From contig CAZFGX010000001.1 of NCBI GenBank assembly GCA_964518565.1, positions 11,046 through 75,045 of the forward strand: 64,000 nt of DNA, written 5' to 3'. This document shows positions 9,774 through 19,474 of the stretch, piece by piece (the stretch's first letter is position 1; each line of letters begins with the position of its first letter). Under the pieces are notes generated by a model that saw only the letters and a program-made list of their open reading frames with translations, had not been told where the DNA came from and made no database searches. This DNA comes from an uncultured Gammaproteobacteria bacterium. GTDB lineage: Bacteria; Patescibacteriota; Microgenomatia; CAZETR01; Amesbacteraceae. The position numbers and the translations under genes were made by a program.

Positions 9774-11191
9774 GCGATTCTAGGAAATAGAGCTGACTGA
9801 CCTGAAATTTTTTCAAACATAAATTGCCCCAAAATTTTCTCCGCTGTTTGGGGTAAAAACGGTCTTAGGTTAAACGCAATTTTTATAATTCTCTCTCGAT
9901 AGCTTGTAAGAGCTAAATTCAATTCATCCCCTTCAAGTTTCCAAGGTTTATCTTGCTCTATTTGGCTATCAGTCTCAGATATCCAGGTCCAAATTTCTTT
10001 TGCCGCTTCATCAAATCTAAACCCTTCTATATATCTGATTATTGAGTCATCAAATTTAGTTATGTCGATTGCAGCAAAAGAAAGTCCAGATCGTTCACAC
10101 AATTTTGCTACTCGTGCCACCAAATTCCCTAGTCCATTAGCCAAATCGGAATTATAAACCTCAGCAAATTTTTCTTCTGAAAAATCTCCATCAGCAAATG
10201 GCGGCGTCTTGGCTAACATATAATACCTCAAGGGATCTGCACCATATTTTTCTAGCAAGGGGAGTGGGTCAAATACATTTCCCAGTGTTTTAGACATTTT
10301 TTGTCCATTCACAGTATAGTAACCGTGAACAAACAAAGACTTCGGCAACGCTAACCCTGCAGACAATAAAAACGCTGGCCAGTACACTGCGTGAAATCGA
10401 ATAATGCCTTTTCCAATAACATGCACGTCAGCCGGCCACAGCTTTTTATAGCTTTCATCATTCCACCCAAAACCAACTCCACTTTGATAAATATTGAGCG
10501 CATCAAACCATACATACATTCTTTGTGAATCATCATCTGGTACTGGCACACCCCAATTTTTTGCCCGTAAATTACTTCGAGAGATACTGATATCTTTTAG
10601 TCCTTGTTTTAAAAATGCCAGCATTTCATTCTTTCGTTCTTCTGGATAAATCTTCAAGGTGTCAGACTCAATGAGTTGTTTGATTTTATCTGTGTAGTCT
10701 GACAGTCTAAAAAAGTAATTCTCTTCTTCAATCTCATCCAATTTTTTTCCTGGGTGTTCAAAGCACTCTCCATTTTCGTTTAGTTCTTCTGGTTCGTAAA
10801 AAGTTTCACATCCCACACAATATAAACCTTTATATTTTTTTGTATAAATATCTTTTTTACACAACTCCCAAAGTTTTTGGCTCGCCACAAAATGTTTTTT
10901 CTTGTCGCTGCCTTTTTGCCAAATATCATAAGAGGTATTCAGCGCCTTATTTAAATCAACAAAATATTGATTATTTTCATCGATAAATTCTTGAATCTGT
11001 TTTCTGGCTTTCTCTGCTGCCTGAACATTTTTTAATGCATTTTCATCTCCACCAGACAACAGTGTCACTTCATCACCTAACAGTCGATGATATCGTGCTA
11101 CAGTATCAGCTTGGACAAATTCCAAAGCATGTCCAATGTGTGGTTTAGCGTTTACATAAGGAATAGCAGAAGTGATATAGAATTTTTTCAT
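9770..11191 (-). CDS. metG: Methionyl-tRNA synthetase (short form, no C-terminal tRNA-binding domain)
   Basis: PYVNAKPHIGH (HIGH), zinc knuckle CVGCETF…C, KMSKTLGN (KMSKS). Confidence 0.93.
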   Translation of the reverse strand: MKKFYITSAIPYVNAKPHIGHALEFVQADTVARYHRLLGDEVTLLSGGDENALKNVQAAEKARKQIQEFIDENNQYFVDLNKALNTSYDIWQKGSDKKKHFVASQKLWELCKKDIYTKKYKGLYCVGCETFYEPEELNENGECFEHPGKKLDEIEEENYFFRLSDYTDKIKQLIESDTLKIYPEERKNEMLAFLKQGLKDISISRSNLRAKNWGVPVPDDDSQRMYVWFDALNIYQSGVGFGWNDESYKKLWPADVHVIGKGIIRFHAVYWPAFLLSAGLALPKSLFVHGYYTVNGQKMSKTLGNVFDPLPLLEKYGADPLRYYMLAKTPPFADGDFSEEKFAEVYNSDLANGLGNLVARVAKLCERSGLSFAAIDITKFDDSIIRYIEGFRFDEAAKEIWTWISETDSQIEQDKPWKLEGDELNLALTSYRERIIKIAFNLRPFLPQTAEKILGQFMFEKISGQSALFPRIA

Positions 11192-11904
11192 ATAGACAAT
11201 ATCTCCCCCAATTTTACCCCAAAATGTTTCGCTGCGTTTCCTTGATTGATCGCCAGCTCAAGTAAATTACTACTACCATTAAGTATTAAAGGTTTATCAA
11301 TCTCAACATCGGCAAAAGTATGAACCACTAAAATATCAAACAAACTGTCTCCAGGTTTCACTGTAGTATTCCAAACAAACTTTACATTTCCATACCTATC
11401 TATATGTACCACTTGCCCTTGTTGAAATTTCAAGCCAATAAGTTCGTTTTGAAATTCCACGCATCCAAATTCTTCAGGCAGTTTTCCTTGAGTCAAATAA
11501 ACAGCAGCCTTGATAAATACATCCCTTCCATGGAAAGTCTGTGCTACATCCCCAAAGGTAGATTCATGTATCTTCCACGCTTTAAGTATTCCATCAGAAA
11601 TAGCCGCCGGATGCAGCAATCCATTATCTGGTCCCACAAACCAAAAATTTTTAGTTTTTATCACGACTCCTGCTCTGCTACTTCCTACACCTGGATCCAC
11701 CACTCCTAAATGTACAGTTCCCGATGGGCAAAACTTGGCCAATTGCCAGATTCCATAGGCTCCCTCCACAATTGAATAGTCATGCACATCATGATTTTCT
11801 ATCAGTTGGCCTTCGTAGCCCAAAGAGTGTACGACAGCATGAAGCTGACTCGTAGCAAACCCATCTTGAAAATCAGTTGTAATTGTAATGAGTTGTTTTA
11901 ACAT
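11188..11904 (-). CDS. DUF62/SAM hydroxide adenosyltransferase (fluorinase/chlorinase-like) family protein
   Basis: N-terminal ITITTDFQDGF…QLHAVVHSLG resembles the LLTDFG..D.YVG motif of the SAM hydrolase family; size 238 aa. Confidence 0.5.
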   Translation of the reverse strand: MLKQLITITTDFQDGFATSQLHAVVHSLGYEGQLIENHDVHDYSIVEGAYGIWQLAKFCPSGTVHLGVVDPGVGSSRAGVVIKTKNFWFVGPDNGLLHPAAISDGILKAWKIHESTFGDVAQTFHGRDVFIKAAVYLTQGKLPEEFGCVEFQNELIGLKFQQGQVVHIDRYGNVKFVWNTTVKPGDSLFDILVVHTFADVEIDKPLILNGSSNLLELAINQGNAAKHFGVKLGEILSI

Positions 11905-11960
11905 AATTTATAGTGTCCCTCTCTTAGATTAAGAGAGGGATTAAGGGTGAGTTAAGAAAT

Positions 11961-11984
11961 AAAAAAACCGCCTTTTTGGCGGTT
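11961..11984 (-). terminator. Rho-independent terminator downstream of the MutT-like Nudix gene (minus strand)
   Basis: On minus strand AACCGCC-AAAAA-GGCGGTT followed by a run of 7 T. Confidence 0.55.
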
Positions 11985-12073
11985 GTTGTAAACAATACAC
12001 ACACCCCGCCTAGACGGTTTGCATGGACATCATTGAGACAAATTCAAATTTCATTAAGTTTTATTTTATCATA

Positions 12074-12469
12074 TTACTCAATAACACCAGTATTTCGAAG
12101 ATGTTTTAAATAGTTCCAACCTAATTCAGAAGTATCAGGGATTTCAGCAAATGAACAAAACGATATTTTTTCAATTTCATGGGAAGCCATTAATTTGCCT
12201 TCAAACTGAGAACGAAAAATGTTAATCACAACTTTAGTATCTTCTTTTCCAAAAGCAGCTCCTTGAATAGTCTCAACAAAATCAATCGACTCCGGAACGA
12301 GTTCAATGCTTAGTTCTTCTCTGCATTCTCGAATAAGTGCTTCAGCGTCAGTTTCTCCAATATCTTTCTTTCCTCCAGGTAATTGCCATTTCGTTTTTCC
12401 GCGGCTGAGAGTTAGTAAAACTTTTTTATTCTCAACATAAAGCCATGACACATGTTCAATTATTTGCAT
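12074..12469 (-). CDS. NUDIX hydrolase (MutT-like)
   Basis: Nudix box GGKKDIGETDAEALIRECREELSIE. Confidence 0.85.
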   Translation of the reverse strand: MQIIEHVSWLYVENKKVLLTLSRGKTKWQLPGGKKDIGETDAEALIRECREELSIELVPESIDFVETIQGAAFGKEDTKVVINIFRSQFEGKLMASHEIEKISFCSFAEIPDTSELGWNYLKHLRNTGVIE

Positions 12470-12470
12470 A

Positions 12471-13889
12471 TCACAAAAACTTTTTTTCCAAATACTCCAT
12501 GAAATATTTAGGATTCAAGTCTTCGCCGGTCACTCTTCTTACTAAATCTTTCGCCAAATACGTCTTACCATATTTATGAATATTATTTCTCAACCACTCT
12601 CTCAACGGTTGAAAATTATGTTGACTAATTTGGTCATCTATATCAGGATTGCTCTTTTTCATCGTGTTCCATAGTTGCGCTGCAGTCATGGTTCCTAAAA
12701 AATATGTCGGAAAATATCCAAAACTTCCATGAGACCAATGTACATCTTGCAAAACACCTTCAGCAACAGTTTTTGGCTTAATACCAAGCAAGTCTTGCAT
12801 TTTAGAATTCCATAGTTCTGGTAAATCCCTTATCTTTATTTTTCCGTGTACTAATTGCTGTTCTATTTCAAATCGCAAGATAATATGCAGACCATATGTC
12901 ACTTCGTCAGCCAAGACACGAATAGGCGAGGGTTTTACAATGTTTAATGCTCTCCACCACTCTATTGAATGTTGGCTCCAAAATGCTTTGGATCTGCCGA
13001 CCATGTTTTCCCATAGTCTGGATTGCGATTCGTGTAATATCAGACCTTGTCCGCCGGCTAAATGCGTTCGAGCTAGTTCTTTATCGCTCCCTAGTTCATA
13101 AAGTGCATGACCCGTTTCATGCATTGCCGCCATCAACATCTCTTTCCAATCCTTACCTTCTTTCCACGTCGTGATTCGTACATCGCCCCACCCCAAACTA
13201 ATTTCAAATGGGTGCGCAGTCGGATCCATCCGACCCGATTGCCAGCTATACCCCATTTTTTGCACAATCTCTCGCGTAAATTCCTCCCAATGTATTTTAT
13301 TTACACCTTCAGGCGTTCCACTCCAATCTTTACAAGTTTTCTCTAGTGTTTGTATCAAGTCAGACAAAGGATTTTTTACCTGAGAAAAAATCATCTGCAC
13401 ATCGTGTTGAGTTAAACCTTGTTCATAGTCATCCAGCATAGCGTCATACAAGCTCTGAGTTGATTTCTGATTAAATGTAGCCATTTTTTGTCTCAACTCG
13501 AGCACTCGTGCCAAATCGTCTTGAAAAATTAGGAAATTATTCTCTGTCTTGGCCTTTACCCAAGACTGATAAGCAGCAGAAGTTGCTTGTGACATTTTTT
13601 TGACCAGTGTTGTCGGAATCTTGACGGCTTTTTCATATTCTCGCTTCATTTCTCGCACCAATCCCTTCTCAATGTCAGAAGTAGCCAATTGCTCAGCCTG
13701 AACAATGGCTTTTTCTACCGACACTCGCACCAACTTCTGGTGATAAATGCCCGATAATGTTGCCAGCTGAAAACTTCGATTCTCCGCTCCATCTGCAGGC
13801 ATCATCACTTCCTGATCCCAAGACAGCAAACCAATAGCGCCACCAATATCACACAATTCAGCAGAGATTCGAGCCAGCTTATTGTTCAT
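12471..13889 (-). CDS. M32 family metallocarboxypeptidase (carboxypeptidase Taq-like)
   Basis: HETGHALYE zinc motif plus DVHWSHGSFGYFPTY region characteristic of M32. Confidence 0.8.
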   Translation of the reverse strand: MNNKLARISAELCDIGGAIGLLSWDQEVMMPADGAENRSFQLATLSGIYHQKLVRVSVEKAIVQAEQLATSDIEKGLVREMKREYEKAVKIPTTLVKKMSQATSAAYQSWVKAKTENNFLIFQDDLARVLELRQKMATFNQKSTQSLYDAMLDDYEQGLTQHDVQMIFSQVKNPLSDLIQTLEKTCKDWSGTPEGVNKIHWEEFTREIVQKMGYSWQSGRMDPTAHPFEISLGWGDVRITTWKEGKDWKEMLMAAMHETGHALYELGSDKELARTHLAGGQGLILHESQSRLWENMVGRSKAFWSQHSIEWWRALNIVKPSPIRVLADEVTYGLHIILRFEIEQQLVHGKIKIRDLPELWNSKMQDLLGIKPKTVAEGVLQDVHWSHGSFGYFPTYFLGTMTAAQLWNTMKKSNPDIDDQISQHNFQPLREWLRNNIHKYGKTYLAKDLVRRVTGEDLNPKYFMEYLEKKFL

Positions 13890-14253
13890 TTTTTGTATCA
13901 GAAATCTTAAAAGCTGATTTTATCTTACTTTCCCATTTTGTCGCCCATTCATCAGCTTTAATTTTTTTAAGTGCATGTTTCCATCCATGGTTCTCCAGTG
14001 TTTGACCAACTGCAGCAATAGTTGCACTAGAAACTTTCAAATTATCTCGAATATTTCCATAACTTCGTTTATTACTCAACCAATACGCCACAGCCAAGCG
14101 TTTAACTATTGCCATATGTTCAGTGTCAGACAACAAGCTTTTCATAATCACTTCAGCTTCATCCACAGTCTTCACATCCACCACCAATTGCAGCCACATC
14201 TGTTCAATTTGTTTTAAAAGCTGGTTATTAATTTTTTTCTTTGAGATTTGCAT
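13879..14253 (-). CDS. TrpR/YerC-YecD-like small helix-turn-helix protein
   Basis: Pattern …EHMAIVKRLAVAYWL…GNIRDNLKVSSATIA resembles Trp-repressor-related YerC family; weak. Confidence 0.35.
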   Translation of the reverse strand: MQISKKKINNQLLKQIEQMWLQLVVDVKTVDEAEVIMKSLLSDTEHMAIVKRLAVAYWLSNKRSYGNIRDNLKVSSATIAAVGQTLENHGWKHALKKIKADEWATKWESKIKSAFKISDTKNEQ

Positions 14254-14593
14254 ATCTAATAACGTACCATAATATACCCAACACCAACATCAATCCTCCC
14301 ATGCTAAACCAAGACAATAATTCAAACCGCCGCAAAAGTAAAACCCCGACCAGTCCAAAAACCAAAATTACTGATACGGTCATTGACCTCCGAAGTATTT
14401 TTATGAGCAAATACATAGTTCCCACCAAAAAAAATAACCAAAACATTTCAACATACCAATGATCTGGCGGTATAAAAAAAGTCAATGTAAAAAACAAACC
14501 AATAAACAAAAAAAATAATAACCAGTGTCGATATGGTTTTACTATTCTTCGCTTGATATAGTGATTGCGTATCATGGCAGATTCAATATTCAT
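14228..14593 (-). CDS. Small integral membrane protein, unknown function (start uncertain)
   Basis: Three hydrophobic helices; ORF extends to 14632 but overlaps rmuC start. Confidence 0.35.
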   Translation of the reverse strand: MNIESAMIRNHYIKRRIVKPYRHWLLFFLFIGLFFTLTFFIPPDHWYVEMFWLFFLVGTMYLLIKILRRSMTVSVILVFGLVGVLLLRRFELLSWFSMGGLMLVLGILWYVIRYANLKEKN

Positions 14594-15539
14594 TCTAGCA
14601 GTTGTTATCTTGGGCTTTGGTATCAGTCTCATGCTTATTCGTCATTGGCTAAAGTCAAAATCATCACTTGACCCAATTTTGTCAGAATGGCTAAAAAGCA
14701 CCAACGAGACTATGCGTGGCAATTCTTCAGATTTATCCAGAGTTCTCCAAGAAAATACTAGGCAATTAAATGAACGTCTAGACAATGCTGCCAATGTAAT
14801 TGGCTTAGTCAATCGTCAACTCGGAGAGATGTCAGAAGTGGGCAGAGGTATCAAAAGTCTTCAAGATTTTTTACAATCGCCCAAGCTCCGCGGAGGTATT
14901 GGTGAACAAATTCTTGCCGAGATGATTGGTCAGACATTTCCTAAAAACGCCTTCCATTTACAATACTCTTTCAAATCAGGTGTAAAAGTTGACGCAGTCT
15001 TAAAAACCGAATCAGGGTTATTGTGTATCGACTCAAAGTTTCCTATGGAAAATTTTCAAAGTTTAGTAAAAGGAGAGGCTGGTGCTAAGTCTGCCTTTAT
15101 TTCCGATGTTAAAAAACACATTTCCGACATCGCCAAAAAATATATCTTACCTGAAGAGGGCACTATGGATTTTGCCCTGATGTATATCCCATCTGAAGCA
15201 GTCTACTACGAACTAGTGAACACCCCAGAATTGACCAAATTTGCCCAAGGGCTTAGGGTTTATCCGGTTTCACCCAATACTTTATATGCTCATCTTCAAG
15301 TTCTTTTGGTTTCATTTCAAGGCAAGGAGTTAGAATCAAAGTCTAAACAAGTATTCCGTTTACTAAGAGCCATTCAAAAAGATTACTCCAAGGTTGAAGA
15401 AAATCTTGCAACACTCAATCGTCATGTCACCAATTCCTTTAACCAAATGAACAATGTGAGTAACAGCTTTGGCCTCCTGGGGCAAAAATTAAGTCAAACC
15501 AATCTCTTGTCCGATGGTGCAGACTCCGATCCTGAGTAA
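14574..15539 (+). CDS. rmuC: DNA recombination protein RmuC
   Basis: N-terminal TM helix, coiled-coil region, conserved CIDSKFPMENF and PSEAVYYE core of RmuC family. Confidence 0.8.
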   Translation: MADSIFILAVVILGFGISLMLIRHWLKSKSSLDPILSEWLKSTNETMRGNSSDLSRVLQENTRQLNERLDNAANVIGLVNRQLGEMSEVGRGIKSLQDFLQSPKLRGGIGEQILAEMIGQTFPKNAFHLQYSFKSGVKVDAVLKTESGLLCIDSKFPMENFQSLVKGEAGAKSAFISDVKKHISDIAKKYILPEEGTMDFALMYIPSEAVYYELVNTPELTKFAQGLRVYPVSPNTLYAHLQVLLVSFQGKELESKSKQVFRLLRAIQKDYSKVEENLATLNRHVTNSFNQMNNVSNSFGLLGQKLSQTNLLSDGADSDPE

Positions 15540-15970
15540 GTCAAAATAGTTTTTTGCCAGCTATCTAGTAGTTCATCTGGTACCCGATTTCCCTCAACTG
15601 TAATTAAAAACCCTGGATATGTTTCAAAAAATCTCACTGGTTCGTCAGGTTTGATGGTCAAATCACCTACTAATGGATAAAGTTTTATATGGGCATATGG
15701 TACACCTGTGCCTTCTATAACCATTGCCACTCGAGGGGTGTGAAAGGCCTGCTCTAAAATGTGCGCCACGGTCTTGGCTGCCTTTAAAAATTCCAAATAA
15801 TTAGTAGTTTCTAGACTAAACAAATTGTCACCCAAATTGACCTTGGGAATCAAAACTGTCTGCCCTGGCATACAAGCAAACGGAGTTAAAAATGCAAGAT
15901 ATTCTTCATTTTGCCAAACAGTCCAGCTTTTAAATTCTCCACGGACAATTTTGTCAAAAATAGTATCCAT
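15494..15970 (-). CDS. HIT-like (histidine triad fold) protein with degenerate triad
   Basis: HIT-like length and N-terminal DTIFDKIVRGE…; the usual HxHxHxx is AHIKLYP here. Confidence 0.45.
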   Translation of the reverse strand: MDTIFDKIVRGEFKSWTVWQNEEYLAFLTPFACMPGQTVLIPKVNLGDNLFSLETTNYLEFLKAAKTVAHILEQAFHTPRVAMVIEGTGVPYAHIKLYPLVGDLTIKPDEPVRFFETYPGFLITVEGNRVPDELLDSWQKTILTYSGSESAPSDKRLV

Positions 15971-15978
15971 AAAAGTAA

Positions 15979-16524
15979 TTATACCGATCGAATAAACAAG
16001 CTTCTATGATAAGAGCAGGGGCCAATGATCCGAATCGTTTCGCGATGTTTTTGTGTACCATATCCTGCGTTGGTCTCCCAGCCGTATTGTGAATAGAACT
16101 TTGCCTGATCCGCCATAAGCGTATCACGAGACACTTTAGCCAAAATACTTGCCGCCATCACCGCATCAATTTTTGTATCCGCTTTAATAATTGACTCAAT
16201 ATTTTTGTTTTCCAAATTCAATTTTAAATTTCCATCCACTATAAAATGATCTGCCTGAATAAACCTGATCAATCGATAAAATATTTCTTTATTTGCCCAA
16301 CCAATTCCTTTATTATTAATTTCCTCCACTGTTGCCCAGCTCAATGCAGATAAACACGACTGTTCAAGTATTTGTGGTATCAGTGCATTACGTTGTCTAT
16401 GGTTTAAAGATTTTGAATCAGCCAGACCTCGTAGTTTGTTGTCAGGTTTAAGTATTACAGCGCAAGCCACAATTGGCCCAGCAAAAGCTCCTCTGCCGAC
16501 TTCATCTAAACCACACAAAATCAT
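15979..16524 (-). CDS. rnhB: Ribonuclease HII
   Basis: GLDEVGRGAFAGPIVACAVIL…DSKSL motifs; start chosen at MILCGLDE (ORF extends to 16554). Confidence 0.85.
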   Translation of the reverse strand: MILCGLDEVGRGAFAGPIVACAVILKPDNKLRGLADSKSLNHRQRNALIPQILEQSCLSALSWATVEEINNKGIGWANKEIFYRLIRFIQADHFIVDGNLKLNLENKNIESIIKADTKIDAVMAASILAKVSRDTLMADQAKFYSQYGWETNAGYGTQKHRETIRIIGPCSYHRSLFIRSV

Positions 16525-16561
16525 ACTAACAAGCAGTATATCGCTAGGGTACAATCACTGC

Positions 16562-19474
16562 ATGTCTGAAAGTAAACTAAATTCAAAACAACTCGAAGCC
16601 ATTAATCATGCCACAGGTCCCTTGCTAGTAATTGCTGGAGCTGGTACAGGTAAAACCACTGTCATAACTCAGCGAGTAAGTAAATTAATTACTGACAAGT
16701 CGGCAACTGCCGAAGAAATTCTGTGTCTTACATTCACTGAAAAAGCTTCTCGAGAAATGGAAACCCGAATTGATCAAGCGTTGCCGTATGGCTATGGCCA
16801 GTTGTGGATCACCACGTTCCATTCATTTTGTGACCGTATCCTTAAGGATGAAGCATTAAACATTGGACTAGATCCGGGATATCGACTACTCTCAGACACT
16901 GACAGTATTACACTTGTTCAAAAAAATTTTTTTGAATTTAATCTGGAGTATTACAGACCTCTCGGAAATCCTCAAAAATTTATTAATGGAATGTTGCAAC
17001 ATATCAGCCGTTTAAATGATGAAGATATTACCTGGGAAGAGTATCAAAATTGGGCAAATAATGTATCAGATAATTTAGAAAAAAATCGCTATATTGAGTT
17101 AGCCAATTTTTACCGCGACTATCAACAACTTAAAATAAGCAAATCATTGTTTGATTTTTCTGATCTTATTTCATACACCTTAAAGCTTTTCAGAGATCGC
17201 CCAAATATCTTAAAAAAATATCAAGAAAAATTTAAATATATTCTTGTTGATGAATTTCAGGACACAAATTATGCCCAAAACCAATTAGTAAATCTCTTAG
17301 CCGGACAAACACAAAACCTAACAGTAGTCGCTGACGATGATCAAGCAATTTATAGATGGCGTGGGGCAGCCATTTCAAATGTGGTCCAGTTTAGAAATAT
17401 ATATCCAAATACAAAAGTAGTAGTGTTGAATCAAAATTATCGTTCTACACAAGAGATTCTTGATCGATCATACGATCTTATTCAGCATAACAACCCAGAT
17501 CGTTTAGAAATTACCGAAAAAATAGATAAACATTTATTATCAAATAAAAAAAATCAGGGTGAACGTATTGAGTTTCTTCACTTTACAAAAATCGACAACG
17601 AGGCGGACGGAGTAGTCAAAAAAATTCAAAGTCTAAAAGAAAAAAATCCAGAAACTCAGTACAAAGATATTGCAATATTAGTCCGGGCCAATGCTCATGC
17701 AGATCCATTTATTCGTTCGTTAGCAAGGGCCGATATACCACACCAATTTTTAGGCCCAACCAAACTATTTCACCAGCCAGAAATTAAAGACCTTATTGCC
17801 TACCTTACTATGGTAGAAAACTTTTCTGACAATTCTGCAGTATTTCGCGTGCTTTCTTCGCCTTTTTTTAATATCAGTGTCCGCGATTTAGCCTCAGTTT
17901 GTAATTATTCCAAAAAAGCCAACATCGACATTTTTGAAGCCTGTGAGATTTGTATCGGGATAAACCCACCACCGCCTTCTGCTGCAACTATTCCTCAGCT
18001 TCGTCCAGATACGAAAGATACCCTAAAACAAATTGTTGATATTACACACCACCATCTCGGGCAAAAAAATACCGATTCCGCAGCTCAAATACTTTTTGAC
18101 TTCCTTCAAAAAACCGGCATGTTCCAATCAATTGTCGACTATCGTGAACCATTCACACAGGATAAATCTCAGAATGTCATAAAATTTTTCGACAAGATTA
18201 AATCGTATGAAACAATTCATGCCAATGCCTATATTCCAGAAATCAATCAGTGGCTTCATTTAGCCAGTGAAATTGGCGAATCTCCACTTACTGGCGAGAC
18301 AGATTGGCAGGCTGAAGATGCAGTAAATATACTAACAATCCATTCTTCAAAAGGTCTAGAATTTCCAGTTGTATTTTTAGTCAACCTTGTATCTCAACGC
18401 TTTCCTTCAACTGCCCGGAAAGAACAAATCCCTATTCCTGACGAATTAATCAAAGAAATTCCTTCATCAGGTGATTTTCATCTTCAAGAAGAACGTAGGC
18501 TTATGTATGTGGGTATTACCCGAGCAAAAAATAAATTATTTCTCACCGCCTCAGATTTTTATGGCGACGGTAAACGAGCCAAAAAACTCTCTCCTTTTAT
18601 TCTCGAAACAATAGGCGAATCGGCTATTGAAGAGAGTAAAGTGGTTCAAACATCTCAATTATCTTTGCTCGACTATCAAACTCCAAAAAATTTCTCATCA
18701 AAAGTGTCGCAAGAAAAAATAAAAATAGATTACTTGAGTTATTCACAAATCCAAACATTTTTAGATTGTCCACTTCATTATAAATTAAAATATATCCTTA
18801 AGCTTCCAACACCCCCTTCAGCGGCATCTAGTTTTGGCACGACAATTCACGCAACTTTAAAAGAATTTTATTCCCAAAACGGACAGAAAAATATTTTAGA
18901 TATTTATAAAAAATTCTGGACTCAAGATGGGTATAACAACAAATCGCATGCAGAAAAATATTTTGCCAAAGGTGAAAAATATCTAACTCAATTTGTTCAA
19001 AATGAATACAATCCTCAAACAAACACCATCATGCTAGAAGAGCCGTTCACTACACCTTTAATTCCCCAAGATCGTTCTAGAATATTAAAAATTGGCGGAA
19101 AAATAGACAGAATTGATCTATTGGCCGATGGAACATTAGAAATTATTGATTACAAAACTTCAGAAAAATCAATGGAACAAAAAGCAGCAGACAACAGTCT
19201 ACAGCTTTCATTTTATGCTCTCGCAGCGTCGATACTAAAAACTCCACCATTTGGTATCGATATAAATAAAATCAAACTCTCGTTATATTATTTTGAAGAA
19301 CAAAAAAAAGTCTCCACTACTCGATCCATAGATCAACTAGAAGAAGCTAAGCAGCAAATTTTCTCATATGCGGACGCAATTGTAGAATCGGATTTCAAAT
19401 GTAGTGGTTCTCTATTGTGTAAAATGTGTGACTATAAATTATTATGTGATGTCGAAGCCAAAGATGAGAATTAG
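16562..19474 (+). CDS. UvrD/PcrA-family SF1 helicase fused to C-terminal PD-(D/E)xK (Cas4/AddB-like) nuclease with Cys4 Fe-S motif
   Basis: Walker A AGAGTGKT, DEFQDTN, QNYRST, C-terminal …EIIDYKTSE… and CSGSLLCKMCDYKLLCD cysteine cluster; start set at MSESKLN (ORF-track start at 16436 would overlap rnhB). Confidence 0.85.
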   Translation: MSESKLNSKQLEAINHATGPLLVIAGAGTGKTTVITQRVSKLITDKSATAEEILCLTFTEKASREMETRIDQALPYGYGQLWITTFHSFCDRILKDEALNIGLDPGYRLLSDTDSITLVQKNFFEFNLEYYRPLGNPQKFINGMLQHISRLNDEDITWEEYQNWANNVSDNLEKNRYIELANFYRDYQQLKISKSLFDFSDLISYTLKLFRDRPNILKKYQEKFKYILVDEFQDTNYAQNQLVNLLAGQTQNLTVVADDDQAIYRWRGAAISNVVQFRNIYPNTKVVVLNQNYRSTQEILDRSYDLIQHNNPDRLEITEKIDKHLLSNKKNQGERIEFLHFTKIDNEADGVVKKIQSLKEKNPETQYKDIAILVRANAHADPFIRSLARADIPHQFLGPTKLFHQPEIKDLIAYLTMVENFSDNSAVFRVLSSPFFNISVRDLASVCNYSKKANIDIFEACEICIGINPPPPSAATIPQLRPDTKDTLKQIVDITHHHLGQKNTDSAAQILFDFLQKTGMFQSIVDYREPFTQDKSQNVIKFFDKIKSYETIHANAYIPEINQWLHLASEIGESPLTGETDWQAEDAVNILTIHSSKGLEFPVVFLVNLVSQRFPSTARKEQIPIPDELIKEIPSSGDFHLQEERRLMYVGITRAKNKLFLTASDFYGDGKRAKKLSPFILETIGESAIEESKVVQTSQLSLLDYQTPKNFSSKVSQEKIKIDYLSYSQIQTFLDCPLHYKLKYILKLPTPPSAASSFGTTIHATLKEFYSQNGQKNILDIYKKFWTQDGYNNKSHAEKYFAKGEKYLTQFVQNEYNPQTNTIMLEEPFTTPLIPQDRSRILKIGGKIDRIDLLADGTLEIIDYKTSEKSMEQKAADNSLQLSFYALAASILKTPPFGIDINKIKLSLYYFEEQKKVSTTRSIDQLEEAKQQIFSYADAIVESDFKCSGSLLCKMCDYKLLCDVEAKDEN

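Noticed and set aside
16436-16561. Upstream extension of the UvrD-nuclease ORF
   Set aside because: Would overlap rnhB on the opposite strand and adds non-conserved residues; helicase N-terminus aligns from MSESKLN…LEAINH.
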